Source: Desulfobacterales bacterium
Lineage (GTDB): Bacteria; Desulfobacterota; Desulfobacteria; Desulfobacterales; JBGLNM01
Assembly (NCBI GenBank): GCA_041299705.1
Contig: JBGLNM010000001.1
Coordinates: forward strand, 3,814 to 67,813
DNA length: 64,000 nucleotides
Direction: 5' to 3'
Shown here: positions 41,701 to 54,359 of the stretch, piece by piece
Layout: the number at the start of each line of letters is the position of its first letter
How positions within the stretch are numbered: the first letter of the stretch is position 1
Made by a program: the position numbers and the translations under genes
The notes under the pieces: model-generated
Told to the model about the DNA's origin: nothing
Databases searched by the model: none
What the model saw: only the letters and a program-made list of their open reading frames with translations

Positions 41701-42547
41701 TGATGACCTTCTGGGTGAAGATCCTGCCCTTCTTCAGGATCGCCTCGCCGCTGGCCGGGTCTATGACGTTGGCGGTCGCGCGCCGGCCCTTGAGCATTCT
41801 GGGGTTGACCCTCATGAGATGGCGGCTGCCGCGCACGACGATCCGCTCGGTGTCATAGAAGTACCCGAGAATGTCCTCGGCGGTGTAGCCGAAGGCCTTG
41901 AAGAGGATGGTGACCGGAAACTTGCGGCGCCGGTCGATGCGGATATAGACGATGTCCTTGGGGTCGACCTCCATATCGATCCAGGAGCCGCGCACCGGAA
42001 TGATGCGCGTGCTGTAGATGATCTTGCCGCTGGAGTGCGTCTTGCCCTTGTCGTGGTCGAAAAACACGCCGGAGGATCGGTGCAGCTGGCTGACGACGAC
42101 CCTCTCGGTGCCGTTGATGATGAAAGTGCCCTTGGCGGTCATCAGGGGGATGGTGCCGAAATAGATTTCCTGCTCCTTGATGTCGCGGATGTTGGATACC
42201 CCGGTATCCTTGTCGATGTCGTAAACCACCAGCCGCACGGTGATGCGGCAGGGGATTTCGTAGGTCATCCCCCGGTGGATGCATTCCTCCACGCTCTGTT
42301 TGACCTCGCTGAAGCGATAGGACACGAACTCGAGGGAGGCGCTTCCGGTGAAATCCTTGATGGGGAAGACCGAGTTGAAAACGGTCTGCAGCCCCACGTC
42401 CTCCCGCTTCTCCGGGGGGACGTCCATCTGCAGGAACCGGGCGTAGGACTCCCGCTGGATTTCGATGAGATTGGGGATATCAACGATTTTGCGTATTTTG
42501 CCGAAACTTTTTCTTACGCGCTTCGTTGCCAAAGGCCATTCAGACAT
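38765..42547 (-). pseudogene. rpoB: DNA-directed RNA polymerase beta subunit, 3'-truncated (roughly the last 100-150 residues missing)
   Basis: RpoB similarity runs from [18 protein letters not shown].. to ..[18 protein letters not shown]. The expected ..GYMYMLKLHHLVDDK.. tail is absent, and the last 20 codons of the ORF are the upstream region of the GT2 gene. Confidence 0.9.
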
Positions 42548-42699
42548 AGTGTCTCCAATTGAATCGGGGGTGGCTTGTGACGGGGTGTTTAAAGTTATCT
42601 TTTTCGCAAGCTAAGCATTCTGTCTTCACCTCACCAGAATACACATCAAGCGACTCATCGCCCTGTTCCAGGCTAACCGCAGCCAAATTACCGAATGCC

Positions 42700-45209
<2,510 letters not shown>

Positions 45210-45419
45210 TTCCCGGTCCGGCTCGCGGACGAAAACCCCGAAACGCCGGCCCGAGAGCCGGGCGCGCTCCACCCCCAGCAGGCGCGCCCCGGCCAGGTTC
45301 GACCGGCGGATCGCCCCGTCGCGGCCGAGGGTCAAGTAGCCCATCGGGGCAAAATCGTAGAGTTCCGTGTAGCGCTCCAGCCCCGCCTCCACCTCCGCCC
45401 GCGACCGGCGCAGCTTCAT
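45210..45419 (-). pseudogene. ~70-codon internal fragment of a PAS-domain sensor gene, fused in frame to the rpoC fragment
   Basis: ..[66 protein letters not shown] is a typical coiled-coil and PAS start with no kinase or output part. Confidence 0.65.
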
Positions 45420-45420
45420 T

Positions 45421-46098
45421 TCCTACTTTTCGAAAAACTACCGGGTCGCGGTCTTCGACTTTCCCGGGCAGGGCCGGGCGAGGGTCAGGGAGGGCGGGCC
45501 GGCGATCTCCTTCCAGGAGCAGGTTGAAAGCCTGAAGGCGGTCGTCGCGGCCGTCGCCTCCGGTCAAAAGGTCATCCTCAGCGGGGCCTCCTGGGGCAGC
45601 ATCGTCGCCGCCGGATATGCCGCACGCTATCCGGAGCGGGTGGACAGGGTGCTCCTGGGAAGCTTCGGCATAAAGCCGAGCCCCAAGATGGCACAGGTCA
45701 TTTTGGAGGGGCAGCGGATGTACCGCAACGGCGACGGCGGCCGGATCGGCCGGTTGCTCGTCGAGGAGTTCGGCCAGAACATTCCCCGGGGCCTCAGGGA
45801 GAAGATCATCCGCCAGTTCGAGCAATTGGCGGAGGCGCAATTCGAAGCTTTCCGCGCCCACAGCGAATTCGTCGGGCGCATCTCCCACCTGGACGACATC
45901 GTCCGGCTCGAGGACATCCGCGCCAGGACGATGATCGTCAACGGCGAGCACGACACCCTGCTCAACTTGGAGGATATCGCCATCGCCAAGCAGAGAATCC
46001 CCGACTGCGAGTCGACGATCGTCAAGGGCGTGGGGCATTTTCTGCATTTCGAAGACCCCGCCGTCCTGGGCCTCTACCGGTCCTTTTTCCTGAGTTGA
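45421..46098 (+). pseudogene. Alpha/beta-hydrolase gene, 5'-truncated
   Basis: The frame is open from 45421 (..YRVAVFDFPGQGRARV..). Nucleophile elbow GASWG and a C-terminal GVGHFLHFEDP. The N-terminal strand and HG region are missing. Confidence 0.75.
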
Positions 46099-46105
46099 CC
46101 GAAGT

Positions 46106-46150
46106 AAAAACGAGAGGGTTACGGCCTCGACCGTAACCCTCTCGTTTTTA
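46106..46150. terminator. Bidirectional rho-independent terminator
   Basis: AAAAACGAGAGGGTTACGG-CCTCGA-CCGTAACCCTCTCGTTTTTA. A 15-bp perfect stem flanked by A and T runs, between the hydrolase stop and the tRNA 3' end. Confidence 0.85.
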
Positions 46151-46151
46151 T

Positions 46152-46226
46152 TGGTAGGCGGTACTGGATTTGAACCAGTGACTTCTACCGTGTGAAGGTA
46201 GCACTCTCCCGCTGAGTTAACCGCCC
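46152..46226 (-). tRNA. tRNA-Val (anticodon CAC), CCA encoded
   Basis: The manual cloverleaf closes. Acceptor GGGCGGT/ACCGCCT, D stem ACTC/GAGT, anticodon stem CTACC/GGTAG with loop TTCACAC, T arm ACTGG-TTCAAAT-CCAGT, then A-CCA. Confidence 0.88.
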
Positions 46227-46367
46227 GGATGCACGCGCCCGGCAGCGGTCGAAGGCCTGCGGCCTCCGGCCGGAACCGACTGGCACGGCAATATAGAGGC
46301 TTTGGCGGGGTCAAGTCAAGGACTTTTTCCTCCCCCCATTCCGGTTTCCGCGCGGCCTTTGGCGCGG

Positions 46368-46973
46368 TCAGGACTCCCCGCCGGTTTCCCCGGGGCCGTC
46401 TTCGCCGGGGCCCCCGGAGCCGGGCTCGCCCGGCGCTTGCCCTTCGGGCTCGGCCCTGCCCAGGGCTTCGATTTCCCGGAGGGTGGGCAGGTCGCGAATG
46501 TCCTTGAGGTCGAAAACCTCCAGGAAGCGCCGGGTGGTTTCGTAAATCATGGGCCGGCCGGGGACTTCCTTGCGCCCCAGCACGCGGATGAGGTTGCGCT
46601 CCAGTAGCATTCTCAGGACACCGCCGCAATCGACCCCGCGGATGTGCTCGATGTCGGTGCGCGTGATCGGCTTGTAATAGGCGACGATGGCCAGGGTTTC
46701 CAGGGAGGCACGGCTCAGGCGCGGCGGCGCGGAGCGCAGCAGGCGCTTGATGTACTCCTTGTATTCCGGGCGGGTGCGGATCTGGTATCCGCCGGCGACG
46801 CTCTTCAGCTCGAAACCGCCCCGGCGGGCCTCGTACTCGTCGGCGAGCGCCTGCAGGGCCCGGCGGATCTCGCCGCCTTCGGGAAAACCCACTGCAGCCT
46901 TGATCCGCTCCACGGTCAGGGGCTCCTCGGAGACGAACAGCAGGCTTTCGACGATGTGTTTCAGGTCTTCCAT
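46368..46973 (-). CDS. scpB: Segregation and condensation protein B
   Basis: 201 aa. VESLLFVSEEPLT..LETLAIVAYYKPITRTDIEHIRGV signature. Confidence 0.9.
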   Translation of the reverse strand: MEDLKHIVESLLFVSEEPLTVERIKAAVGFPEGGEIRRALQALADEYEARRGGFELKSVAGGYQIRTRPEYKEYIKRLLRSAPPRLSRASLETLAIVAYYKPITRTDIEHIRGVDCGGVLRMLLERNLIRVLGRKEVPGRPMIYETTRRFLEVFDLKDIRDLPTLREIEALGRAEPEGQAPGEPGSGGPGEDGPGETGGES

Positions 46974-47699
46974 CTAGAGGTAGATCAGGCGGATGATGCC
47001 GGTTTGAACGTGCTGGCTGATGGTGATCAGGTTGAGCCTGACCATCTCCAGGACGGCCAGGAAAGTCACCACGATGTGGCTCTTGAGGGGCCGGTCCGGG
47101 AAGAGCTCGTCGAAGGTCACCGTCGTCATTTTCTCGAAAATCTCCACCAGCTGGGATATCCGCTCCTTGACCGACACGCGGTCGGCCGACAGCTCGACGC
47201 GGTGATCCGGGGCCATGCGCGCGAGAATTTTCTGGAAGGCCTCGATGAGCTCGAACAGGCCGACCCGGATCGTCTCTTCGCCGTCCGGGGCGAGGTACTC
47301 GGACGTGTCGGTCCCGCGGGCGAAGATGTCCTGGCCCAGGAAATTGCGGCCGGCCAGTTTTTCGGCGGCTTCCTTGATCTTGAGGTATTCGGTCAGGGGG
47401 CGGACGATTTCCATCCGCGGATCCTCTTCATCCTCCTGGCCGTAGACCGGCAGCAGCATTTTCGATTTGATCTGGGCCAGGGACGCCGCCATGACCAGAA
47501 AATCCCCGGCCAGGTCGATGTTCATGGCCTGGATCCAATCCAGGTATGCGAGGTACTGGTCGGTGATCAGGCCGATGGGGATGTCGTAGATGTCGACCTC
47601 GGCCTTCCTGATGAGGTGGATCAGCAGGTCCAGGGGGCCCTCGAAGATGTCGCTGATCTTCACCCTGTATGCATCGTGTACCTCCCCGGAGGCGTCCAT
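46974..47699 (-). CDS. scpA: Segregation and condensation protein A (kleisin)
   Basis: 241 aa. FEGPLDLLIHLIRKAEVDIYDIPI signature. Directly abuts scpB. Confidence 0.9.
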   Translation of the reverse strand: MDASGEVHDAYRVKISDIFEGPLDLLIHLIRKAEVDIYDIPIGLITDQYLAYLDWIQAMNIDLAGDFLVMAASLAQIKSKMLLPVYGQEDEEDPRMEIVRPLTEYLKIKEAAEKLAGRNFLGQDIFARGTDTSEYLAPDGEETIRVGLFELIEAFQKILARMAPDHRVELSADRVSVKERISQLVEIFEKMTTVTFDELFPDRPLKSHIVVTFLAVLEMVRLNLITISQHVQTGIIRLIYL

Positions 47700-47700
47700 G

Positions 47701-48687
47701 TCAGATTTTCATGGCCTCCCTGGCCTGGGCCATGGTCACTTCCGCCACGGCCGCGGCTTTCCCGCACCCGTCGCCGATGACCTCCTGCACAAGGTGGGGG
47801 CGGGTCTCGTAGTAGGCGCGCTTTTCCCGGATAGGGGCCAGGAAGTCCATCAGGTGGCGCGCCATGAGCTTCTTGCAGGCCACGCAGCCGATCTCCGCCG
47901 ACCGGCACTCGCGGTCGATGCGGGCCACGGTTTCCGGCGGGCTGTAGAGGCGGTGGAACTCGAAAACATTGCAGATTTCCGGGTTCCCGGGGTCTTTTTT
48001 GCGTTTGCGCGCCGGGTCGGTGACCATCTGGTCGACCTTGGCGGCAACCGCCTCCGGGCTGTCCGACAGGAAGATGGCGTTGTGGTAGCTCTTGCTCATC
48101 TTGCGGCGGTCGAGCCCCAGGATCTTGGGGGTTTCGGTCAGGATCGATTCGGGTTCCGGAAACACGTCGCCGTAAAGGTAGTTGAAGCGCCGCGCGATTT
48201 CGCGCGTGATTTCCACGTGGGGGACCTGGTCGATGCCCACAGGCACGCCGGCCGGCTTGTATATGAGAATGTCGGCCGCCTGCAGCACGGGATACCCCAG
48301 GAAGCCGAAGGTCGACAGGTCCTTGTTGCTCAGCTGCACGATCTGGTCCTTGTAGGTGGGGTTGCGTTCCAGCCAGGGGACCGGGGTGATCATGGAAAAC
48401 AGCAGAAACAGCTCGGCATGGGTCTTGATCCGCGATTGGACGAAGAGGGTGCTCTTTTCCGGCGTCAGGCCGGCGCTGAGCCAGTCGATCATCATCTCGT
48501 GAATGTAGGCCGTGACGCTGCCGGTGTTCTCGTAGTCGCTGGTCAGGGCATGCCAGTCGGCGATGAAGAAATAGCAGTCGTATGTGTCCTGCATGCGTAC
48601 CCAGTTCTCCAGGGCACCGTGGTAGTTTCCCAGGTGCAGGGGGCCCGTGGGCCGCATTCCGCTCAAGATTCGCTTTCTCTGTGCCAT
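47701..48687 (-). CDS. trpS: Tryptophanyl-tRNA synthetase
   Basis: ATG at 48687 with RBS AGGAGAGG. GMRPTGPLHLGNYHG (HIGH-type) and KMSKS motifs. Confidence 0.94.
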   Translation of the reverse strand: MAQRKRILSGMRPTGPLHLGNYHGALENWVRMQDTYDCYFFIADWHALTSDYENTGSVTAYIHEMMIDWLSAGLTPEKSTLFVQSRIKTHAELFLLFSMITPVPWLERNPTYKDQIVQLSNKDLSTFGFLGYPVLQAADILIYKPAGVPVGIDQVPHVEITREIARRFNYLYGDVFPEPESILTETPKILGLDRRKMSKSYHNAIFLSDSPEAVAAKVDQMVTDPARKRKKDPGNPEICNVFEFHRLYSPPETVARIDRECRSAEIGCVACKKLMARHLMDFLAPIREKRAYYETRPHLVQEVIGDGCGKAAAVAEVTMAQAREAMKI

Positions 48688-48760
48688 GAATGTCCTCTCC
48701 TGTGGTCGGGTCGGCATCCGCCGCGTGCGCCTGCGGCGGGAACCGGGAACCCGGAAACGA

Positions 48761-49156
48761 TCAGTCCGGCCGGAGGTCGCGGATCATCAGGGTGATGGTG
48801 GCGCCCATCGCCTCGCGGCAGGCCCAGTCAGCCTGGATGTCGCCGCCGCCGGGGTGATGGTCCCAGATCAGGATTTCCAGGCCCGCCCGCTTGCGCAGGG
48901 GCTCCATCCGCTCCAGGCGGCCCCAGGATGCCGTGTCCACCACGATGAGGCGCTCCACCCGGTCGAGGTCGACCTGGTCCGGGGTGAGCACCGGGAAGAG
49001 GTCCTTGTGCAGGGAGAGAAAGGCACGCACGTTGGGGTTGAGGGCCTTGGGCAGCACCGGTGCGGTGCCGGGATGGATCAGGGTGGCGGCGACCGCCGAG
49101 GCCAGGGCGTCGAAATCGGTGTTTTTGTGGGAAGTGACGATGTGCATGCGGGGCAT
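48761..49156 (-). pseudogene. N-terminal DHH-domain fragment of a larger DHH-family (CBS / poly(A) polymerase-type) protein gene
   Basis: MHIVTSHKNTDFDALASAVAATLI..ILIWDHHPGG has DHH motifs only. It stops at ..TLMIRDLRPD where homologues I remember continue for hundreds of residues. Confidence 0.6.
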
Positions 49157-49360
49157 CCCTCTCCAATGATGGCGGTCCGGGGCAAAGCGCTTGATCTACT
49201 GTAATATTTTTTCTTTGACATTTCAACGGCGGTCTGGTTTATAAATTTCCCTTGCCTCGGGGAGGAGGGACGGACGGCCGATGGGCGCGCAACCTTCCGC
49301 ATTTTCCGAGGGAAACGGCGGGAAGACCCGCCACGGGGGATCGAGACCGGGAGACGGCAA

Positions 49361-50599
49361 GTGGCACTGGCTGACAAAAGCGTTCTGGTGATCGGCGGAG
49401 GCGCGGCGGGGCTCGCGGCCGCCCTTGAACTCGCCGGGCTCGGCGTCCAGGTGGACCTCGTCGACAAGGCCCCCTTTCTGGGCGGCAATGCCGCCGGGTT
49501 CGCGTGCAAGGCCGCGGACCGCTGTGTCAAGTGCGGGGCCTGCATGGTCGAAGAGCGGATCGCGGCCGTGATCGCCCACCCACGGGTCCGGGTGCTCACC
49601 GGCACCCGGGTGCAGGCCGTGGGCCGGGAGGACCCCATGACGGTCGACCTGGCCCGCGGGCCGCTTTTCATCGACCCGCAGCGGTGCACCGGCTGCGGCC
49701 GCTGCCTCGAGAGCTGCCCGGCCCAGGGCGCCCTCCGGCGCGCCTTCTCGGGGCACAACCGCCCCCCCGTGGCGCTGGAGGCCGGGCATTGCCTCTTTTT
49801 CAGGGACGGCTCCTGCGCCCGCTGCCGGGAAGTCTGCCCGGAGGGCGCGGTCGATCTCGAAAAACAGCCCGACACCCTTCAGCGCCGGCCCGACGCCGTC
49901 ATCCTGGCCACGGGTTTCAGCGCCTTCAGCCCCGAGAACAAGCCTTACGGATATGGAAGTCTGGCCGATGTGGTGACCAACCTGCAGCTCGAGGAGATGC
50001 TGCGCACTTCCGGCCTTGCCCTGCGGCCCTCCGACGGGCTGCCCCCCGGGCGCCTGGCCTTCATCCAGTGCGTGGGCAGCCGCGACGCCACCCGCGGTCA
50101 CCTCTGGTGCTCGAAGGTCTGCTGCGCCTCGGCCCTGCGCATGGCCCGGGTGATCCGCGGGCGCCAGCCGGAAACGGAGATCACCTTCTTTTACATCGAC
50201 GTCCAGACGTTCGGCCGGGACTTCGACAGCGTTTACGCGGACCTGCGGGAAGCGCTGCGGATGAAGCGCACCATCCCGGCCGATATCGTCCGGAACTCCG
50301 AAGGGCGCCTGGAGGTCACCTATTTCGACGGCGAGGCGGCCAAGGGCGTGGAGGAGTTGTTCGACATGGTGGTGCTCTCCGTGGGCCTGACCCCGCGCGC
50401 CGACGCCGCCCGGCTGGCGGCCGCCCTGGGCCTCACCCTTGCGGAAACCGGGTTCGTGGCGGGAACGCCCCCGCCCGGCGACGCCCCTCGGGGCGGTGTC
50501 TTTCCGGCCGGCACCGCGCGGGGGCCCATGTCCATCGCCGAGTCCATCGCCGATGCCGGGCGGGCGGCCTGGGAGGCCGTGACGTATCTGAACAGGTGA
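49361..50599 (+). CDS. HdrA/QmoA-like FAD-dependent oxidoreductase with a 4Fe-4S ferredoxin insert
   Basis: 412 aa from GTG at 49361. VLVIGGGAAGLAAA. CTGCGRCLESCP and CARCREVCP motifs. Confidence 0.8.
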   Translation: MALADKSVLVIGGGAAGLAAALELAGLGVQVDLVDKAPFLGGNAAGFACKAADRCVKCGACMVEERIAAVIAHPRVRVLTGTRVQAVGREDPMTVDLARGPLFIDPQRCTGCGRCLESCPAQGALRRAFSGHNRPPVALEAGHCLFFRDGSCARCREVCPEGAVDLEKQPDTLQRRPDAVILATGFSAFSPENKPYGYGSLADVVTNLQLEEMLRTSGLALRPSDGLPPGRLAFIQCVGSRDATRGHLWCSKVCCASALRMARVIRGRQPETEITFFYIDVQTFGRDFDSVYADLREALRMKRTIPADIVRNSEGRLEVTYFDGEAAKGVEELFDMVVLSVGLTPRADAARLAAALGLTLAETGFVAGTPPPGDAPRGGVFPAGTARGPMSIAESIADAGRAAWEAVTYLNR

Positions 50600-52176
50600 A
50601 CGAGTTGACGAATACGGTTCTGGTTCTGGGAAGCGGGCCCTGTGCCCTGGAAGCGGCCCGCGAACTTCTGGCGGGCGGAAGCGACGTCATCCTGGCCGCG
50701 GCCGATGAGGGTGACCGCAGCGATCTTTCCGCGGCCGCGCCCGACGGCCGGCGCGCCGCCGTGCTGGAGGGGGCGGTCCTCACCGGCTGCCGGGGAACGG
50801 TCGGCAATTTCAGCGTCTCCCTTGCCGCCGGGGGGCGGTCCATTGCCCGGCAGGTGGGCGCCATCGTGGTCGCGGAAGGGGATGCGGCCCATCCCCTGCA
50901 CGCGCTTTACGGACTGCAGCTGTCGGAACGCGTGCTCCCGCTGTCGCGCCTGGAGGCCGCCGGGGATGGAGAGGGTCTCCTCCGGGAGGCGCGCACGGCG
51001 GTTTTCATTTCGGGGGTCGCCGACGAAAGCAGCGCGGCTGTGGCCGGAAGGGTCATGGCGGCCGCCTGGCGGCTGCAGTCCCAGCGCGGCATCCAGACCT
51101 TCGTGCTCGCCGGAAACCTCAAGGTCGCCGCGGAGGGCCTCGAGGCCCTCTAACGCCGGGCCAGGGAAGCCGGAACGGTGTTCTTCAAATTCGACCGCGC
51201 CCTGCCGCGGTTCCGACAGGCGCCGGACGGCAGCCTCGCCATCGAGTTCGAAGACCCCGTCATGGGCGAACCCTGCCGCCTGCGCCCGGACCTGTGCATC
51301 GTGGACGAAAAGATCGTGCCCTCGCCCCGCCTGGCGCGATGGGCCGCCATCCTGGAGCTGGAAACCGGACCGGACGGGTTCCTGCAGACCGACAACGTTC
51401 ACCGCCGGACGGTGTACACTCCCAGGAAGGGGGTCCTGGCCGTCGGCCCCGCGCGCTGCGTCCAGGCGCCCGACGGCCACTTTCTCGACGCGCGCAATGC
51501 CGCCCTCGTGGTCCACGGCCTGTTGAACCCCGCCGGGGAACGCCCCCTTGCCAGGGCCGAGATCGACCCGGGGCACTGCATCCGCTGCCTGACCTGCTAC
51601 CGCCTGTGCCCATACCGGGCCATCGAGGTCGCCCGGCGGGTGGCCGTGGCCCCCGATGCGTGCGAGGGGTGCGGCATCTGCGCGGCCGAGTGCCCGCGGG
51701 GGGCGATCCGCATCGAGGGCCTTTCCCGGCCTGAGCTCCTGGCCCGTTGCATTCCCGTAGGCCCCCGGCGCGAGGCCTCCGCCCCCCGCATGACCGCCTT
51801 CTGCTGCAGCCGGTCGGCGGCCCCGGCGGCCCGGGAGGCCGCCTGCGCCGGTTACCGCGTGCCGCCGGGGCTCTGCGTCGTGGAGGTCCCCTGCGGGGGC
51901 GCTGTTTCCCTGGACCACCTGCTGGGGGCCTTCCAGGAAAACGCCGACGGCGTCCTGGTCCTGACCTGTCACACGGACAACTGCCACTCCGAACGCGGCA
52001 ACGTCCACGCGCGCGCGCGCGCGGCACTGCTCTCCGACCGGCTGGCGGCCGTGGGCGTGGACCCCCGGCGCCTGCTGGCGGCATCCCTGGCGGCCAACAT
52101 GGGGCGCCAATTCGCCGACATCGCCTCGGATTTCGAAACCGCGCTGGTCCAACTGCGGCCGGCAAAAAGGCACTAG
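50596..52176 (+). CDS. HdrA/QmoB-like flavoprotein with ferredoxin and C-terminal MvhD-like domains, interrupted by an in-frame TAA at 51151-51153 (pseudogene, split gene or sequence error)
   Basis: GTG at 50596 with a GTGA overlap. ..AAEGLEAL[TAA]RRAREAGTVFFKF.. is in one frame. CIRCLTCYRLCP and CEGCGICAAECP motifs. MvhD-like AFCCSRSA..VPCGGAV. Confidence 0.7.
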
Positions 52177-52181
52177 CGACC

Positions 52182-53402
52182 ATGACATCTGAAACCGTCA
52201 TCGACCTGGACCGGATCGACCTGTGCCGGTTCAAGTCCTGGCCCTATTCCCAGGACTACTGCATCACCTGCGGGCTGTGCGCCGGTGCGTGCCCCGTGTC
52301 GGGGGTGGACGCCTTCGACCCCCGGAAGCTGGTCCGGATGGCGGCGCTCGGCCTGGGGGACATGCTGGCTTCCTCGCGCTGGCCGTGGATCTGCACCATG
52401 TGCGGCAAATGCGCGCACCTCTGCCCGATGGGAATCGACATCACCGAGGCCGTCCGCAGGGTCCGTTCCCTGCGGGATCGCGCCAAGGTGCCCGGCATCA
52501 TCCAGCAGGGGCTGGAGGCGGCCCTGAAGACCGGCAACAACCTGTCCATGCCGACGGAGGACTTCATCTGGACCATGGAGGACGTGGCCGAGGAGCTCGC
52601 CTCCGAACCGGGGTTCGAGGGTTTCCGGGTTCCCATCGACCGGCAGGGCGCCAACCTGCTGACGACGATTCACAACAAGCTGGCCAACACCCACACCGAC
52701 GACCTCAAACACTGGTGGAAGATCTTTCACGCGGCGGGCGAAAGCTGGACCATCACGTCGGAAAACTGGGAAGGGACCAACTGGGCCTTTTTCACCGGCG
52801 ACGACGATGCCATGAAAATCATGGTGGGCCGCATCGTGGAGCAGATGGACCGCTTCAGGATCGGCAACCTTCTCTGGCCGGAATGAGGGCACGCCTACCA
52901 CGCGACCAGGTCCGGTCTCGAAAGATGGTTCCCCGACGCCCTGACGCGTTTCGGCGCGGTCTCGGTTTTCGACCTTCTCGTCGACTACATCCGAGCGGGC
53001 CGGATCCGCCTGGATCGCAGCCGTTTTCCCCAGCGGGTGACCTACCACGACCCGTGCAACTACGGGCGCAAGGCCGTGAAGCGCTTCGGGCACGGGTATT
53101 TCGACGAACCCCGGTGGGTCCTGGACCAGTGCCTGCAGAACTGGGTGGATCTGCGCCCCAACCGCATGGACCAGATATGCTGCGGGGGCGGGGGCGGGTC
53201 GCTGACCTCGGGCTACAACGAGGAGCGCATCTACTACGGGCGCAGGAAAATGGCCCAGATCAGGGCCGCCGGAGCGCAGATCGTGGTGGTGCCCTGCCAC
53301 AGCTGCCACGGCCAGCTCAACAGCATCAAGAAACACTACGGGATGGAGAATCTCCAGGTCAAATACCTGTGGGAACTCGTGGCCGACTGCCTGGTGTTGT
53401 GA
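52182..53402 (+). CDS. HdrD/DsrK-like Fe-S protein (2x4Fe-4S + CCG domains) with an in-frame UGA (Sec) at 52884-52886
   Basis: ATG at 52182. CITCGLCAGACP and CTMCGKCAHLCP motifs. ..LLWPE[TGA]GHAYHA.. joins ORF-track entries 51747..52886 and 53037..53402 in one frame. CCG-type motifs DPCNYGRK and QICCGGGG. Confidence 0.75.
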
Positions 53403-53408
53403 GACCCG

Positions 53409-53606
53409 TCAGTTGCCTGCCTCCGTCCTTTTCTTCAGCTGCTGCGCCAATGCCAGGTTCTGCTTGGCCTTCCCGTCCTCGGGATTGATCCGCAGGGCCC
53501 TGGAAAACTGCGCGATCGCTTCGTCCCAACGCCCCTGCTGGGCCAGGACCGCCCCGAGATTGTTGTAAACCTGGCCGTCCTCGGGGGTGATTTCGAGCGC
53601 CTTGTC
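53409..53606 (-). pseudogene. 3' fragment (66 codons) of a TPR-repeat protein gene
   Basis: ..KALEITPEDGQVYNNLGAVLAQQGRWDEAIAQFSRALRINPEDGKAKQNLALAQQLKK.. ending TGA at 53409-53411. There is no upstream continuation. Confidence 0.65.
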
Positions 53607-53608
53607 CC

Positions 53609-54316
53609 CTGGTCCTGCGCCCCGACCGCAGGTACAAGGGCCTACCGCCGTTCAAGGTCAAGGTGGCCCATTCGCGGGAAGCCCTGGAAAGGATCGTCGC
53701 GGCCTGGGGCCGCGTGTGCGGCCCCCTGATCGCCCAGCCCCTGCTGCGCCTGCCGAACCTCGTGGTGCACGGGGCGCGGTCGGAAAAAGGGGAATTTCTG
53801 GCCATGGAGGCGTTTTTTGTCCCGCGCAAATTCGAGGCGGTCACCCTGACAATCATGCCGGCGGCATTTCCCCCGGGCGTTGAGGCATGCTGCCGCGAAT
53901 TCGTGACCCGCGCCGGGATCACCGGGTGCTTCCACTTCGAGCTGCTGTTTTCGCCCCGGAGCCGGCAGGCCTGGTTCCTGGAAATCAACGTGCGTCTGGG
54001 CGGCACCACCGACAAGGTGACCGCGCTGGGGTTCGACGAGTCCCTCTACCTCCTGCGGGCTTACGGTTTGGCGGCTGGCGCGGCGGGCCCGTCCGCCCGG
54101 GGGCGGCGCCTGGCCGCCAACAGGCGCGCCCTGGTCAAGCACGCGCTTTGGGCCCTGGCCGGCAGGCTGAGCGAAATCGACTACCCCGCCGCCGGCCGCG
54201 GCCGGGCGGCGCTGCACTCCTTGAGGGATATCTGCCTGGCCAAGGACTCGGTTTTCGATTGGCGTGACATGCGCGGCAATTTCTCCATGGGACCGCGATT
54301 GGGAGGAAGGCGATGA
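53609..54316 (+). pseudogene. ATP-grasp-type enzyme gene, 5'-truncated
   Basis: The frame is open from ~53591. ..CFHFELLFSPRSRQAWFLEINVRLGGTT.. is the ATP-grasp C-terminal core. The N-terminal domain is missing. Confidence 0.6.
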
Positions 54317-54359
54317 TGCCGACCGGCGCCGGCACGCGGCCGAACGGGCGGGGAGGGTC

